Below, piece after piece: positions 48,962 through 58,675 of a DNA stretch of 64,000 nt (within the stretch, counting starts at the first letter, position 1; every line of letters begins with the position of its first letter). A program made the translations under genes and the position numbers. The notes beneath the pieces are model-generated. The model ran no database searches and was not told where the DNA came from. It saw only the letters and a list, made by a program, of their open reading frames with translations. This DNA comes from an uncultured Nitrososphaeria archaeon (GTDB taxonomy: Archaea > Thermoproteota > Nitrososphaeria > JACIWG01), in contig CAYUWR010000015.1 in the NCBI GenBank assembly GCA_964448685.1, forward strand, positions 2,217 to 66,216, written 5' to 3'.

Positions 48962-49791
48962 TTGACTAAGTTCTCCACCTCGTAAAAGACCACATGGAAT
49001 CTTTTCTTCCATTCAGGCATCACTTCAGAAAATGGGACGCCAATCGAGTAAAGTTCCGCTATCCTTCTGCTGAAGGGGATTTCAAGCAAGATCGGTATTC
49101 CCTTTTCTCCACAGAATTCGTGGACCTTTCTATCTCCAATATCTGCGCGGTTGACGATAACCCCAAAGGGGACATTCATCTGCTTTAGGACTTCTACAGT
49201 TATCTTAAGATCATGCAATCCGAAGGGAGTCGGCTCTGTTACGAGTATGCAGAAGTCGCTTCCACTAATCGTTTCGATTACTGGGCATGATGTTCCAGGT
49301 GGAGAATCGAGGATAACGTTCTCGTATATTCCAATCGACTTCTTCACTTCTCTTATGATGGGGACCGCCATAGGCTCACCGACTTCAAGCTCACCCCAGA
49401 CAAGCTCAAGGCCTTTGGCGCTTCCACGCTTCAATACACCAATCTTATGCCTCTGCTCTGTGATCGCCTTCCTTGGACAGACCAGCAAGCATCCACCGCA
49501 GCTGTGACAGAGTTCTGGAAAGACCAAAACCCTATCCGATGCCACATATAAAGCGTTATATTGGCAGAATCTGCCACATTCTCCACAACGATCACATAGC
49601 TCATCGTCTACTTTAGGGACTAGACTGTAGATCGGCTCAATCTGGTCTACTATAGGATTCAAGAAAAGATGATCATTCGGTTCCTCAACATCACAGTCGA
49701 GAAGCTGAATATTCTCTATAGATAGTGCCATATTTACAGCTACCGATGTCTTCCCTGTCCCTCCCTTCCCACTTGCTATCGATACGATCAT
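48958..49791 (-). CDS. MinD-superfamily P-loop ATPase with 4Fe-4S insert
   Basis: ASGKGGTGKT, DCDVEEPN, two ferredoxin motifs, PPGTSCP, TEPTPFG. Confidence 0.9.
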   Translation of the reverse strand: MIVSIASGKGGTGKTSVAVNMALSIENIQLLDCDVEEPNDHLFLNPIVDQIEPIYSLVPKVDDELCDRCGECGRFCQYNALYVASDRVLVFPELCHSCGGCLLVCPRKAITEQRHKIGVLKRGSAKGLELVWGELEVGEPMAVPIIREVKKSIGIYENVILDSPPGTSCPVIETISGSDFCILVTEPTPFGLHDLKITVEVLKQMNVPFGVIVNRADIGDRKVHEFCGEKGIPILLEIPFSRRIAELYSIGVPFSEVMPEWKKRFHVVFYEVENLVK

Positions 49792-49828
49792 TTAGCTTGA
49801 TAGCCCACCTTATCCTATAGTCGGAAGA

Positions 49829-50512
49829 TCAAATTCTCTTCTGCGACCTGATTATCTCCTTATGGTAGCTGCTATAGAGAGCGATCACAGGATTATGGCC
49901 CAACATACGGTCTTTCACTATCAAGGTCGTCACAGGCGCCTTCGAGTTGGCTGTAAATAGCATGTCGTGGCCAAGACAGAGGCCGACGATCACATTTATG
50001 TCCGTGTCAGCCATGTTTAGGAGCTCCGCTTGAAGGACAGGGTTGCAGCCTGGCTCAAGTTTCAGGGGGTCACCAATCTTATACTCTTTTTCGACACCAA
50101 GCCTTGTCTTGTCAGCACCTCCACACTTACACATGACCGAGGCGACGGTGAACCCGCAGCCTTCAAGAAGCTGCGCAATCCTTCTTGCCTCATCTATCAT
50201 GCCTGCGCAGAATGCCATTCCAATCCTGTTGGCGCCAACCAGCCTTCCAAATTCTATCAGCTCCTTGATCCGAGGACGAACAGCTACTCTAACCCCTCTC
50301 ACCAGCTCATATGCCTCTTTCTCTGTTATGGTAGCAGGCAGGTATATCTTCTTGATATCCTCCTGCTTGTATCTTTCAACAGCCGACTTGATCACTTCAA
50401 CACTTGTTTTCATTGGACAATATTCTGGAAGAATGCCCTCGTTCGCTGCATCAAATGGCATACTTCGACAATATCCTCCTGGACAGTCTGCACACTTAGG
50501 AGTAATCTTCAT
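49829..50512 (-). CDS. DUF1847 family Cys-rich protein
   Basis: IGMAFCAG, CKCG, CNPVLQA, GLCLGHD, VKDR..GHNP. Confidence 0.85.
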   Translation of the reverse strand: MKITPKCADCPGGYCRSMPFDAANEGILPEYCPMKTSVEVIKSAVERYKQEDIKKIYLPATITEKEAYELVRGVRVAVRPRIKELIEFGRLVGANRIGMAFCAGMIDEARRIAQLLEGCGFTVASVMCKCGGADKTRLGVEKEYKIGDPLKLEPGCNPVLQAELLNMADTDINVIVGLCLGHDMLFTANSKAPVTTLIVKDRMLGHNPVIALYSSYHKEIIRSQKRI

Positions 50513-50534
50513 CTTTGACCAAGCCCCCTACGTC

Positions 50535-50909
50535 TTAGGGGTGACGTGCCTGATGACATCCCTCCGTGAGCTCATCAAGCCTATTCTCCTTATATGCGGA
50601 CACAACTTCTCTAACCGTGTCCGCGTTAGCCCTGAGCACCGCGATCCCAGCATTCTGGAAACCGATCAACCCCCTCGGCCCCATGCCGTACACTATCACT
50701 GCAGTAGGCTTCAACTCCAAGATTAGATCGTGAGCGTATCCTCTCCCGCCAGCATGCTCTCCAGTGTTCGGAAAAGCTCTTAAGCTCGAGATTTCACCTT
50801 TTTCGTCAATTTCTATGACGGTAAAGTAAGGTGCCCTCCCAAAATGCTCTGCCAACATGGAATCAAGGCCACTGTCGTCTACGGTTGGGACAACAATTTT
50901 CGCCTTCAC
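50535..50909 (-). CDS. NifB/NifX-like protein
   Basis: EHFGRAPYF, GMGPRG, C-terminal CH. GTG 50909 follows GGAGGTG. Confidence 0.85.
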   Translation of the reverse strand: MKAKIVVPTVDDSGLDSMLAEHFGRAPYFTVIEIDEKGEISSLRAFPNTGEHAGGRGYAHDLILELKPTAVIVYGMGPRGLIGFQNAGIAVLRANADTVREVVSAYKENRLDELTEGCHQARHP

Positions 50910-51073
50910 TTTCTCACCTCCTTCCCAAATCTTTCCAGCATCCGTCCAACACATGTAGACCACCATACCAAAATCTTCCAAATCCCTCCTTGCTTGTTTC
51001 CACAAGCCAGGTCCTCGACCAGCCCCTCCACAGGATCATTGCATAGATTCACCCAATTGGTCAAGTCAACCCT

Positions 51074-51928
51074 TCAACCCCCTTGTATACTTACACTGCT
51101 TGAGTCAGCCGGTTTGGGCTGACTGCATTCTAGGAACTGCTCAATCTTTTCGACGATCGTAGCAAAGGCTCTAGTAGAAGGTGAACCCTGATGTTCGATT
51201 ACGAAGGGAACTCCGCTATCAGAACTTGAACATATATCTGGGTCGATCGGAATCCGCCCCAGAAAAGGTACAGCCAGGTCTTCAGCGATCTTCTTTCCAC
51301 CTCCAGTCCTAAATATTTCAACTTCAGTACCACACTTGGGGCAGACGAAACCACTCATGTTTTCGATTATACCTATGATAGGCACATTCAGCTGCTTTGA
51401 GAAGGCTACAGCCTTTCTAACCACAATCTGGGAGACCTCAGATGGTATTGTCACAATCACAACTCCATCCAAGTCTTGAATAAGCTGTATGACACTCAGA
51501 GGCTCATCTCCAGTACCAGGAGGGAGATCTATCAAAAGGAACTCAAGCTTTCCCCATATTATGTCCGATAGAAACTGTTGGATCGCCCTCATCTTTAGGG
51601 GACCACGCCATATTATAGGGTCGTCGTCGTTCTCAAGCAAGAAATCCATCGATACGACCTTGATCCCCAGAGGCCCAGAGACTGGAAATATTCCTATTGG
51701 ATTACCCATTATTCTTTGACCTCGCACACCCAACATTTTTGGAATACATGGCCCATGAATATCTGCATCAAGGACACCTACCTGGTTGACGTGGCCATGC
51801 ATCGCGAGAGCCATCGCCAGATTGGCAGCTACGGTGCTCTTTCCGACACCTCCCTTGCCACTTATGATAGCGATCTTATGTTTGATCAACGCCATATTCT
51901 CTTTGACCTTCTTCTGTTCATCTTCCAT
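51074..51928 (-). CDS. mrp: Mrp/NBP35 (ApbC) Fe-S carrier ATPase
   Basis: SGKGGVGKS, DADIHGP, IWRGP, DLPPGTGDE, ENMS..CPKC. Confidence 0.93.
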   Translation of the reverse strand: MEDEQKKVKENMALIKHKIAIISGKGGVGKSTVAANLAMALAMHGHVNQVGVLDADIHGPCIPKMLGVRGQRIMGNPIGIFPVSGPLGIKVVSMDFLLENDDDPIIWRGPLKMRAIQQFLSDIIWGKLEFLLIDLPPGTGDEPLSVIQLIQDLDGVVIVTIPSEVSQIVVRKAVAFSKQLNVPIIGIIENMSGFVCPKCGTEVEIFRTGGGKKIAEDLAVPFLGRIPIDPDICSSSDSGVPFVIEHQGSPSTRAFATIVEKIEQFLECSQPKPADSSSVSIQGG

Positions 51929-51993
51929 GCCGCATCTACTCCGATTTGATAAGTAAACTATATTAATACTTTGTGTTTAGAAAATAAACTTGG

Positions 51994-52572
51994 GTGTGGA
52001 TCGTGGAAGAAGTTGACAAGAAGATTGTGGCACATCTACAAAAGGATGGACGCATTACACTCACGGAATTGTCGAAAACGACCGGCTACACAAGCATGGG
52101 CGTCAAGAAGAGAATCGAAAGACTGCTAAGAGAGGAAGTTATCAAGGTCACAGCGTTATTAAATGTCGACAAGATCAGACTATGCGCTGCAGTTGTGATG
52201 CTTGAAATGGAAGACGCCGACGCCCTAGAGAACCTTCTCGAGCGGTTCAAAGACTGCCCCAGAGTAGTCAACATCTTCTCAACCTTTGGCGGATACAACC
52301 TTATCGCCTTGGTCGTCGCCGAAGACCAAGAAACACTCGAGAGCATATCCATAGAAAAGTGCTCATTGAGAAGTTGTAAGGGAATACGTAGGTCAGAGTT
52401 CTATCCAATAGGGGCTATCCACTTCTCACATTTTCTTCCCGTCAGAGAATATTTGGCCAACAAAGAAAGAGCTCAGGCGCCATGCAATGTCGACTGTAGA
52501 CCATGCACCCGATATAGGCTACAGAAATGTGTTGCATGCCCGGCGACACGCTATTATAGAGGCACACTCTAG
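51994..52572 (+). CDS. Lrp/AsnC family regulator with Cys-rich C-terminal tail
   Basis: DKKIVAHLQKDGR HTH, RAM-like domain, tail CNVDCRPC...CVACP. Confidence 0.85.
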   Translation: MWIVEEVDKKIVAHLQKDGRITLTELSKTTGYTSMGVKKRIERLLREEVIKVTALLNVDKIRLCAAVVMLEMEDADALENLLERFKDCPRVVNIFSTFGGYNLIALVVAEDQETLESISIEKCSLRSCKGIRRSEFYPIGAIHFSHFLPVREYLANKERAQAPCNVDCRPCTRYRLQKCVACPATRYYRGTL

Positions 52573-52701
52573 CAAGCGAAAAGATGCAGCAAAAGGCTAA
52601 CAGACCTGGCCTCTTTAGACCAAATAGCGTTATGCCGGTGGCCAATCAAACCTGCCCACTATCTTTTTAAATAAGGCTGATTAACGGGTTGGGCAGGAGT
52701 T

Positions 52702-52759
52702 GGTCATGGAAAGCCAATATCTTTAGAGGAAGGTGGCCATGGAACGCCAATTTTGTTAG
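52702..52759 (+). repeat. Two 25-bp imperfect direct repeats (33-nt period), each encoding a 6-aa micro-ORF
   Basis: GGTCATGGAAAGCCAATATCTTTAG and GGCCATGGAACGCCAATTTTGTTAG (20/25 identical), giving MESQYL* and MERQFC*. Confidence 0.6.
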
Positions 52760-53838
52760 GCGAGAAGATAGTTCTCGCAAGACTTTTGCTTAAAGCGTTT
52801 AACGAAAACCAGTTGCTTATTTTGTCTTCAATCAGAAGAAACAGGAAGTCTACAGCCACATCTTTTCTCAAGGAGCTATCTAGAGCTTCAGGGGTTCCTC
52901 TTTCAACCCTGAAGCTTAACGCCAAGATCCTCAAGGAATTGGATCTTGTAACCTACGGTTCACTGCGTGATCCGAGACCCATCAAGCTCACTGAAACCGG
53001 CAGGCTGCTGTCGACCATGGTTGCCACATATAAGAGCGCCGTAGAAAACCGTACTCGAGCAAGAAGAATCTCAAAGGGAACCAAGATCAATGTACTAAAG
53101 CAGGGAATATCCTCTCAATCGAGCCATCTTCCATCTTCTCTTTCCGCAACAGACTTGATAGCTTCAATCTTCGAGGTCTTCTCCCCCAACCTGGGAAACA
53201 GTGAAAATTCGTTTGTCCTGAGCAAGGGACATGCCGCACCCGCCCTATATGCAGCATTGGCTGAAGAGAAGGCAATAGATGAGAACGAGCTACTCTCGCT
53301 GGGCGTTTGCGGGTCAAGGCTTCAAAGTCACCCAGAAAAGAGGTACCTACCCGAAGTCCTCGTCTCAACAGGCTCCTTAGGCCAAGGTCTATCGATAGGT
53401 GTGGGGATAGCCTTGGGAAAGAAGATCAAGAACAAGAAGGGTAAAGTGATAGTGCTCCTCGGCGATGGCGAACTTAACGAGGGGCAGGTTTGGGAGGCTG
53501 TCATGAGCGGTGCTCATCACAAGTTAGATAACCTGATCGCCATCGTAGACAGAAACCTCCGCCAGCTGAACGGAGGCACCGAGGAGATAAAGCGGCTGGA
53601 GCCTCTAGACGAGAAGTGGAGCTCTTTCGGTTGGGAGGCAATCGTTGTCAACGGCCAAGACACGGAAGAAGTCGTTTCAACATTAGAGTACATTAAACGC
53701 AGCCAAACCAAGCCGGTGGTCTTGATCGCCCTAACTCAAAGAAACGGCGGCATAAGATCGCTGAAGAAGGACCTCTTCCATTACGTCCCAACAGCCGAAG
53801 AATACGAGAAGGCGGTGATGGATATAAATGGAATTTAA
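52753..53838 (+). CDS. Transketolase N-terminal subunit fused to an N-terminal winged-HTH
   Basis: First ~90 aa wHTH-like, then LSKGHAAPALY, HP, TGSLGQG, GDGELNEG...N. Start uncertain. Confidence 0.88.
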   Translation: MLGEKIVLARLLLKAFNENQLLILSSIRRNRKSTATSFLKELSRASGVPLSTLKLNAKILKELDLVTYGSLRDPRPIKLTETGRLLSTMVATYKSAVENRTRARRISKGTKINVLKQGISSQSSHLPSSLSATDLIASIFEVFSPNLGNSENSFVLSKGHAAPALYAALAEEKAIDENELLSLGVCGSRLQSHPEKRYLPEVLVSTGSLGQGLSIGVGIALGKKIKNKKGKVIVLLGDGELNEGQVWEAVMSGAHHKLDNLIAIVDRNLRQLNGGTEEIKRLEPLDEKWSSFGWEAIVVNGQDTEEVVSTLEYIKRSQTKPVVLIALTQRNGGIRSLKKDLFHYVPTAEEYEKAVMDINGI

Positions 53839-54757
53839 AGTTGAAAGCTACAGAAATGCCTTCGGACAGAAGCTGGTCGAGTTGGGAGAAAAGAACAGAC
53901 GTGTCATAGTGCTCGATGCGGACGTGGGAGATTCAACGAAAACGGCACTATTCCGAGAGAGGTTTCCAAGTAGATTTGTCAACGTGGGAATAAGTGAACA
54001 AGATATGATAGGCATTGCAGCCGGCCTCTCTATAGAAGGGTTCATTCCCATAGCAGCAGCGTTCTCCATGTTCGTTCTGAAGGCATGGGAACAGATAAGA
54101 AACACGATCGCAAGAGATAACATGAATGTAAAGATAGTAGCATCCCATAGCGGATTAAGTGATTTCGCAGACGGCTCATCACATCAATGCCTTGAGGATA
54201 TCGCATTGATGAGAACAATACCTGGAATGAAGGTGGTGGTTCCCGCAGACGCTCAGTCCACAAGAGGACTCCTCGAGCAGGCCGTGAGAAACAGGAGCCC
54301 AACATATTTCAGGATCGGACGAGACTACTGCCTGAAAATATACGAAGATGAAGACCAAGTCGTCCTCGGAAAGGCAAATGTCCTCGTGGAGGGGGACGAC
54401 CTCACTCTAGTAGCATGTGGTCTAATGGTTCCATTCGCTCTAACCGTCCACGAGAAGCTTTTGAAGAAGGGAGTTAAGTCTTCGGTAGTCGACGCCCACA
54501 CCATAAAGCCACTTGACCCAAACCTCATACAAGTCTGCAGAAGATCAGGAAAGGTTGTAACCATTGAAGAACATAATGTTGTAGGCGGCCTCGGATCAGC
54601 CGTGTGCGAAACCCTTTCCGAATACGGTGTGAGGGTGAAAAGAATCGGTGTAAGCGACAAGTTTGGGGAATCATCAGAAGACTATCGAAGACTACTTAGA
54701 AAATTCGCGTTAGACGAGGACGGCATATTCGAGCAGGTCAGCTCATTTGTAGGTTGA
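53828..54757 (+). CDS. Transketolase C-terminal subunit
   Basis: NVGISEQDMIG, DGSSHQ..ED, IKPLD, EEH...GGLG. Confidence 0.93.
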   Translation: MEFKVESYRNAFGQKLVELGEKNRRVIVLDADVGDSTKTALFRERFPSRFVNVGISEQDMIGIAAGLSIEGFIPIAAAFSMFVLKAWEQIRNTIARDNMNVKIVASHSGLSDFADGSSHQCLEDIALMRTIPGMKVVVPADAQSTRGLLEQAVRNRSPTYFRIGRDYCLKIYEDEDQVVLGKANVLVEGDDLTLVACGLMVPFALTVHEKLLKKGVKSSVVDAHTIKPLDPNLIQVCRRSGKVVTIEEHNVVGGLGSAVCETLSEYGVRVKRIGVSDKFGESSEDYRRLLRKFALDEDGIFEQVSSFVG

Positions 54758-55548
54758 AAGAGATGAACTTGAAACTGGTCCGAGAAAAGAGAAAGAGAGA
54801 ACTCGAGATTGGAGGTGCAAGAATTGGAAGAGACTTCCTGATGGTGGCCGGACCCTGCGCGGTCGAATCCAAAGAACAGCTGTCCACCACCGCCAAGTTC
54901 CTGAAGGCCAACGGCACCCACATGCTCAGGGCGATGATCTTCAAACCCAGAAGCTCCCCATATTCCTTTCAAGGCCTAGGAAAAGAGGGGCTAAAGATCG
55001 TGGAAGAAGTCAAGGCAGAAACCAGCATGCCAGTCGTCATCGAAGTACTCGACCCACGTGACATAGAGGAAGTCTGCACAGTAGCAGACGTGATACAGTT
55101 AGGAGCGAGAAACATGCAAAACTATACCCTACTGAAAGAAGTAGGCCGAACGACAAAGCCTGTTATACTCAAAAGGGGACTAAGTGCAACCATAGAAGAA
55201 TGGCTTAGTGCAGCCGAGTATGTGATGAACGAAGGAAACATGGACGTCATCTTATGTGAGAGAGGCATAAGAACCTTCGTTACAGAGACCAGGTTCACCT
55301 TGGACCTCGCATCAGTCCCAATCGTTAAAAGACTTTCAAGCTTGCCAATCATAGTTGACCCATCACATGCCGCAGGCACATCCGAGCTTGTCACACCATT
55401 AGCCAAAGCCGCAAAAGCCATAGGCTCAGATGGACTGACCATCGAAGTCCACCCAGATCCCCAGCATGCGTTAAGCGACAGCAGACAGCAGCTGAACTTT
55501 GAAATGTTCAAACAACTTATGGCAGAATTGGACGAGTTGAAAAGATGA
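54754..55548 (+). CDS. aroF: DAHP synthase type I-beta (no regulatory domain)
   Basis: AGPCAVES, KPRSSPYSFQG, GARNMQN, LKRG, CERGIRTF, DPSH. Confidence 0.93.
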   Translation: MKEMNLKLVREKRKRELEIGGARIGRDFLMVAGPCAVESKEQLSTTAKFLKANGTHMLRAMIFKPRSSPYSFQGLGKEGLKIVEEVKAETSMPVVIEVLDPRDIEEVCTVADVIQLGARNMQNYTLLKEVGRTTKPVILKRGLSATIEEWLSAAEYVMNEGNMDVILCERGIRTFVTETRFTLDLASVPIVKRLSSLPIIVDPSHAAGTSELVTPLAKAAKAIGSDGLTIEVHPDPQHALSDSRQQLNFEMFKQLMAELDELKR

Positions 55549-56579
55549 TAGAAAGCAAGTTCAGCAAGATAGTGGTAGGAAGAGAAGTCCTAGACAAAAT
55601 GGGGCCGGAGATAAGACATATGGCTCCTTCAAAGGTCGGCATAGTAACCAGCAAGACCGTCGCAGAAAGCTGGCTCCAGAAAGTAGTCGAAGCCATCGAC
55701 TGGAACGATGGCGTGGAAACGATCGAAGTCGCGGACGGAGAAAGGCAAAAGAGTATAGCCACCGCGACACTTATCTGGAAAAGACTTCTCGAAAAAGAGT
55801 TCACGAGAAGATCGCTGCTGGTGGCCCTGGGAGGCGGCGTAGTAGGCGATCTAACAGGCTTCGTCGCGTCCACATACATGAGGGGCATATATTTTGTTCA
55901 GGTGCCGACCACATTGCTGGCTCAGGTTGATGCAGGCGTAGGAGGAAAGACAGGCATAAACCTGAAAGGAAAGAACACTATTGGAACATTCTATCAGCCC
56001 AAGCTCATATTGATCGACACACAGTTCCTAAACACGCTACCTAACCCAGAATACTTGAACGGCCTAGCTGAAGTCATAAAATATGGTATGATATATGACG
56101 CCGACTTCTTCCGATTAATCGAAGAGAACATAGAACCGATTAAGGCAAGAGACCAGAGCCTACTGCAGCAGGTCGTCAAGAGATGTGTGGAAATGAAAGT
56201 CTCAGTGGTTGAAAGCGATGAAAAGGAGGCGGGCCTTCGAATGATCCTAAACTTCGGCCATACCTTCGGACACAGCATAGAGAAACTGACAAACTATAGA
56301 ATCAAACATGGATTCGCCGTGTCTATAGGAATGATGATGGCGTGCAAGGTGGCATCTGAGATGACAGGCTTCAACCAGACAGAACGTTTAGAGAGGCTCC
56401 TGAAAAGCTTGGGCCTGCCAACTTCAACAAAGCTCGATATCGGATCTATAGTTCAAGAAACTTCAAAAGACAAGAAGGCCTGGTATGGCAAGACGGTTCT
56501 AATATTACCGGAAAGAATAGGAAAGGTGATCGTCAGAGAAGTCGAACAGCAAGACCTACTCAGAATTCTCAGAAGCTGA
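55545..56579 (+). CDS. aroB: 3-dehydroquinate synthase
   Basis: GGGVVGD, PTTLLAQVD, GGKTG, LNFGHT, HG.AV. Confidence 0.95.
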   Translation: MIESKFSKIVVGREVLDKMGPEIRHMAPSKVGIVTSKTVAESWLQKVVEAIDWNDGVETIEVADGERQKSIATATLIWKRLLEKEFTRRSLLVALGGGVVGDLTGFVASTYMRGIYFVQVPTTLLAQVDAGVGGKTGINLKGKNTIGTFYQPKLILIDTQFLNTLPNPEYLNGLAEVIKYGMIYDADFFRLIEENIEPIKARDQSLLQQVVKRCVEMKVSVVESDEKEAGLRMILNFGHTFGHSIEKLTNYRIKHGFAVSIGMMMACKVASEMTGFNQTERLERLLKSLGLPTSTKLDIGSIVQETSKDKKAWYGKTVLILPERIGKVIVREVEQQDLLRILRS

Positions 56580-56580
56580 T

Positions 56581-57279
56581 ATGCCAATGCAGAAGCCAAG
56601 ACTCTGTGCTGTAATCTCAAGAAATAATATGAAATGTGTGGAGACCGCAAACAACGCAGACCTGATAGAAGTCAGAATCGACATGATAGGGGACCGCTGG
56701 CAGTCTCTGCCTAAAATGTTGAAAAGGCCATGGATAGCATGCAACAGAATAAGAAGCGAGGGAGGCTTCTGGAATGGATCCGAAAGCGAACGTGTGAGAG
56801 AACTCCTAGAAGCATTAGATCTAGGAGCTTCCTACATCGACATAGAGCTGAAATCAACCCACCTCAAGGAGGTTGTCCAACAAACGAAGAGAGCTGAAAG
56901 GAATGTCATCATCTCCTACCATGACACAGTGGGAACACCAACCACCTCAGAACTCAAGAAGATCGTCGATAAAGAGATACGCTTAGGGGCAGATATATGC
57001 AAATTGGTCACGACAGCAACAAGTTTCGAAGACAACCTGACCATCCTAAAACTAGTACACGAGTACGCAAGCTCAACACATATTGTCGCATTCTGCATGG
57101 GAGAGAAGGGTAGCGTGAGCAGAATACTTTCCCCACTGATCGGAGGAGAACTGGTCTACGTCTCCACCAAGGTTGGACTTGAATCTGCTAGTGGACAGAT
57201 AGAACTCGAAAGCCTCAGGACCCTCTACCAGATGCTCGAATCAGAGACAGAAAGGCAGAAGGCAGGTGACAAAACATGA
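56581..57279 (+). CDS. aroD: Type I 3-dehydroquinate dehydratase
   Basis: EVRID, EGG, IDIE, SYHD..TP, CK, MG.KG..SR, GQ. Confidence 0.92.
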   Translation: MPMQKPRLCAVISRNNMKCVETANNADLIEVRIDMIGDRWQSLPKMLKRPWIACNRIRSEGGFWNGSESERVRELLEALDLGASYIDIELKSTHLKEVVQQTKRAERNVIISYHDTVGTPTTSELKKIVDKEIRLGADICKLVTTATSFEDNLTILKLVHEYASSTHIVAFCMGEKGSVSRILSPLIGGELVYVSTKVGLESASGQIELESLRTLYQMLESETERQKAGDKT

Positions 57280-58139
57280 CCTTAAACAGGACACGAGTCT
57301 GCTGTGTAATTGGTGACCCAATTGAGCATACACTTTCGCCGTTGATCCATAACAGGGCGTATCAAGATCTCGGTCTAGACTTTGTGTATGTAGCATTCAG
57401 GGTCAAGAAGGAGGCGCTCGAGAAGGCTGTTGATGGCATGAGGGCATTCGACATACATGGCATGAATGTTACAATCCCACACAAGATCAAGGTAATAGAA
57501 TATCTCGATGCTGTCGATGGTATAGCACAAGACATAGGAGCTGTCAACACAATAGTGAACAACAACGGAAGGCTCACAGGATACAACACCGACGCAGACG
57601 CCGCAATAAGAGCCCTTTCTGAAAACAAGATAGCCCTGAGAGACAAGACGGTAGTCATCCTAGGAGCAGGCGGCGTAGCGAGGGCAATCGCTTTCGCCAT
57701 AGCAAAAGAGAAACCAGACCACATAGCGATCTTGAACAGGACAAAAGAGAAAGCCAGAAAGTTGGCTGGACACATTCAAGGAAAGACTGGAATATCGGCC
57801 ACAGCAGACGGCCTCGATCAACAATCGCTGACAGCAAATTTGAAAAATGCAGATCTTGTTGTAAACTGCACGCCGATAGGGATGGCGCCTTACATCGATC
57901 AATCCCCAATCCCAAAGAAGCTTCTTAGAAGGAAAATGGCGGTCATGGATGCCGTATACAACCCTCTTGAAACCAGACTACTAAAGGACGCAAAAGATGC
58001 CTCCTCGACCACAGTATCTGGAATAGATATGTTCATCCATCAGGCTGCATCAGCATTCGAAATGTGGACAGGCCACAGAGCACCCTTCAACACGATGAAG
58101 GAAGCTGCGATTCAAGCATTGAAGAGTAAGACCACATGA
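57276..58139 (+). CDS. aroE: Shikimate dehydrogenase
   Basis: GDPIEHTLSP, NVTIPHK, GAVNT, YNTD, GAGG.ARA, NRT. Confidence 0.95.
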   Translation: MTLNRTRVCCVIGDPIEHTLSPLIHNRAYQDLGLDFVYVAFRVKKEALEKAVDGMRAFDIHGMNVTIPHKIKVIEYLDAVDGIAQDIGAVNTIVNNNGRLTGYNTDADAAIRALSENKIALRDKTVVILGAGGVARAIAFAIAKEKPDHIAILNRTKEKARKLAGHIQGKTGISATADGLDQQSLTANLKNADLVVNCTPIGMAPYIDQSPIPKKLLRRKMAVMDAVYNPLETRLLKDAKDASSTTVSGIDMFIHQAASAFEMWTGHRAPFNTMKEAAIQALKSKTT

Positions 58140-58675
58140 AGACGAACATCGTTCTCATAGGATTCATGGCTACAGGAAAGACCACAGTAGCCAAGGCTAT
58201 CGCGCAAAAGCTGGGAAAAAGGTATGTGAGCACAGATGACATGGTGGCCGAGAAATCGAAGAAGACGATAACCCAGATCTTCAAGGAGGAAGGCGAAAGA
58301 GAATTCAGAAGACTCGAGATGGAGGCGATAGAGAAGGCCTCTAGAATGAGGAATGCCGTGATCGACTGCGGAGGGGGCGCGGTATTAAATAGAATAAACA
58401 TCGAAAGACTCAAGCAGGAAGGCGTCATAATCCTGCTCAAGGCATCCCCGAAAGCCATCCTCGAAAGAAACTCAAAAGACGACAGAAAGAGGCCTCTTCT
58501 AGAAGCCGAAGATCAAGCCAGCATCATACAAGAACTACTCGCCAGCAGGACACCCCTCTACCAGAATTCAGCAGACCACGAGGTCGACACAACCGATCTA
58601 ACCGTTGAAGAGGTTGTAGCCAAGATAGTTGAAATCTTCCAGAAAACCGGTGACAGAAGTGCGGGCAGTCGTTAA
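58136..58675 (+). CDS. aroK: Shikimate kinase (bacterial NMP-kinase type)
   Basis: NIVLIGFMATGKTT, GEREFRRLE, GGG, RPLL, R.PLY. Confidence 0.93.
   Translation: MKTNIVLIGFMATGKTTVAKAIAQKLGKRYVSTDDMVAEKSKKTITQIFKEEGEREFRRLEMEAIEKASRMRNAVIDCGGGAVLNRINIERLKQEGVIILLKASPKAILERNSKDDRKRPLLEAEDQASIIQELLASRTPLYQNSADHEVDTTDLTVEEVVAKIVEIFQKTGDRSAGSR

Noticed and set aside
50910-51073. In-frame extension or small ORF upstream of the NifX-like gene
   Set aside because: A strong SD favours GTG 50909; the resemblance to a decayed NifX fragment is too weak to call.
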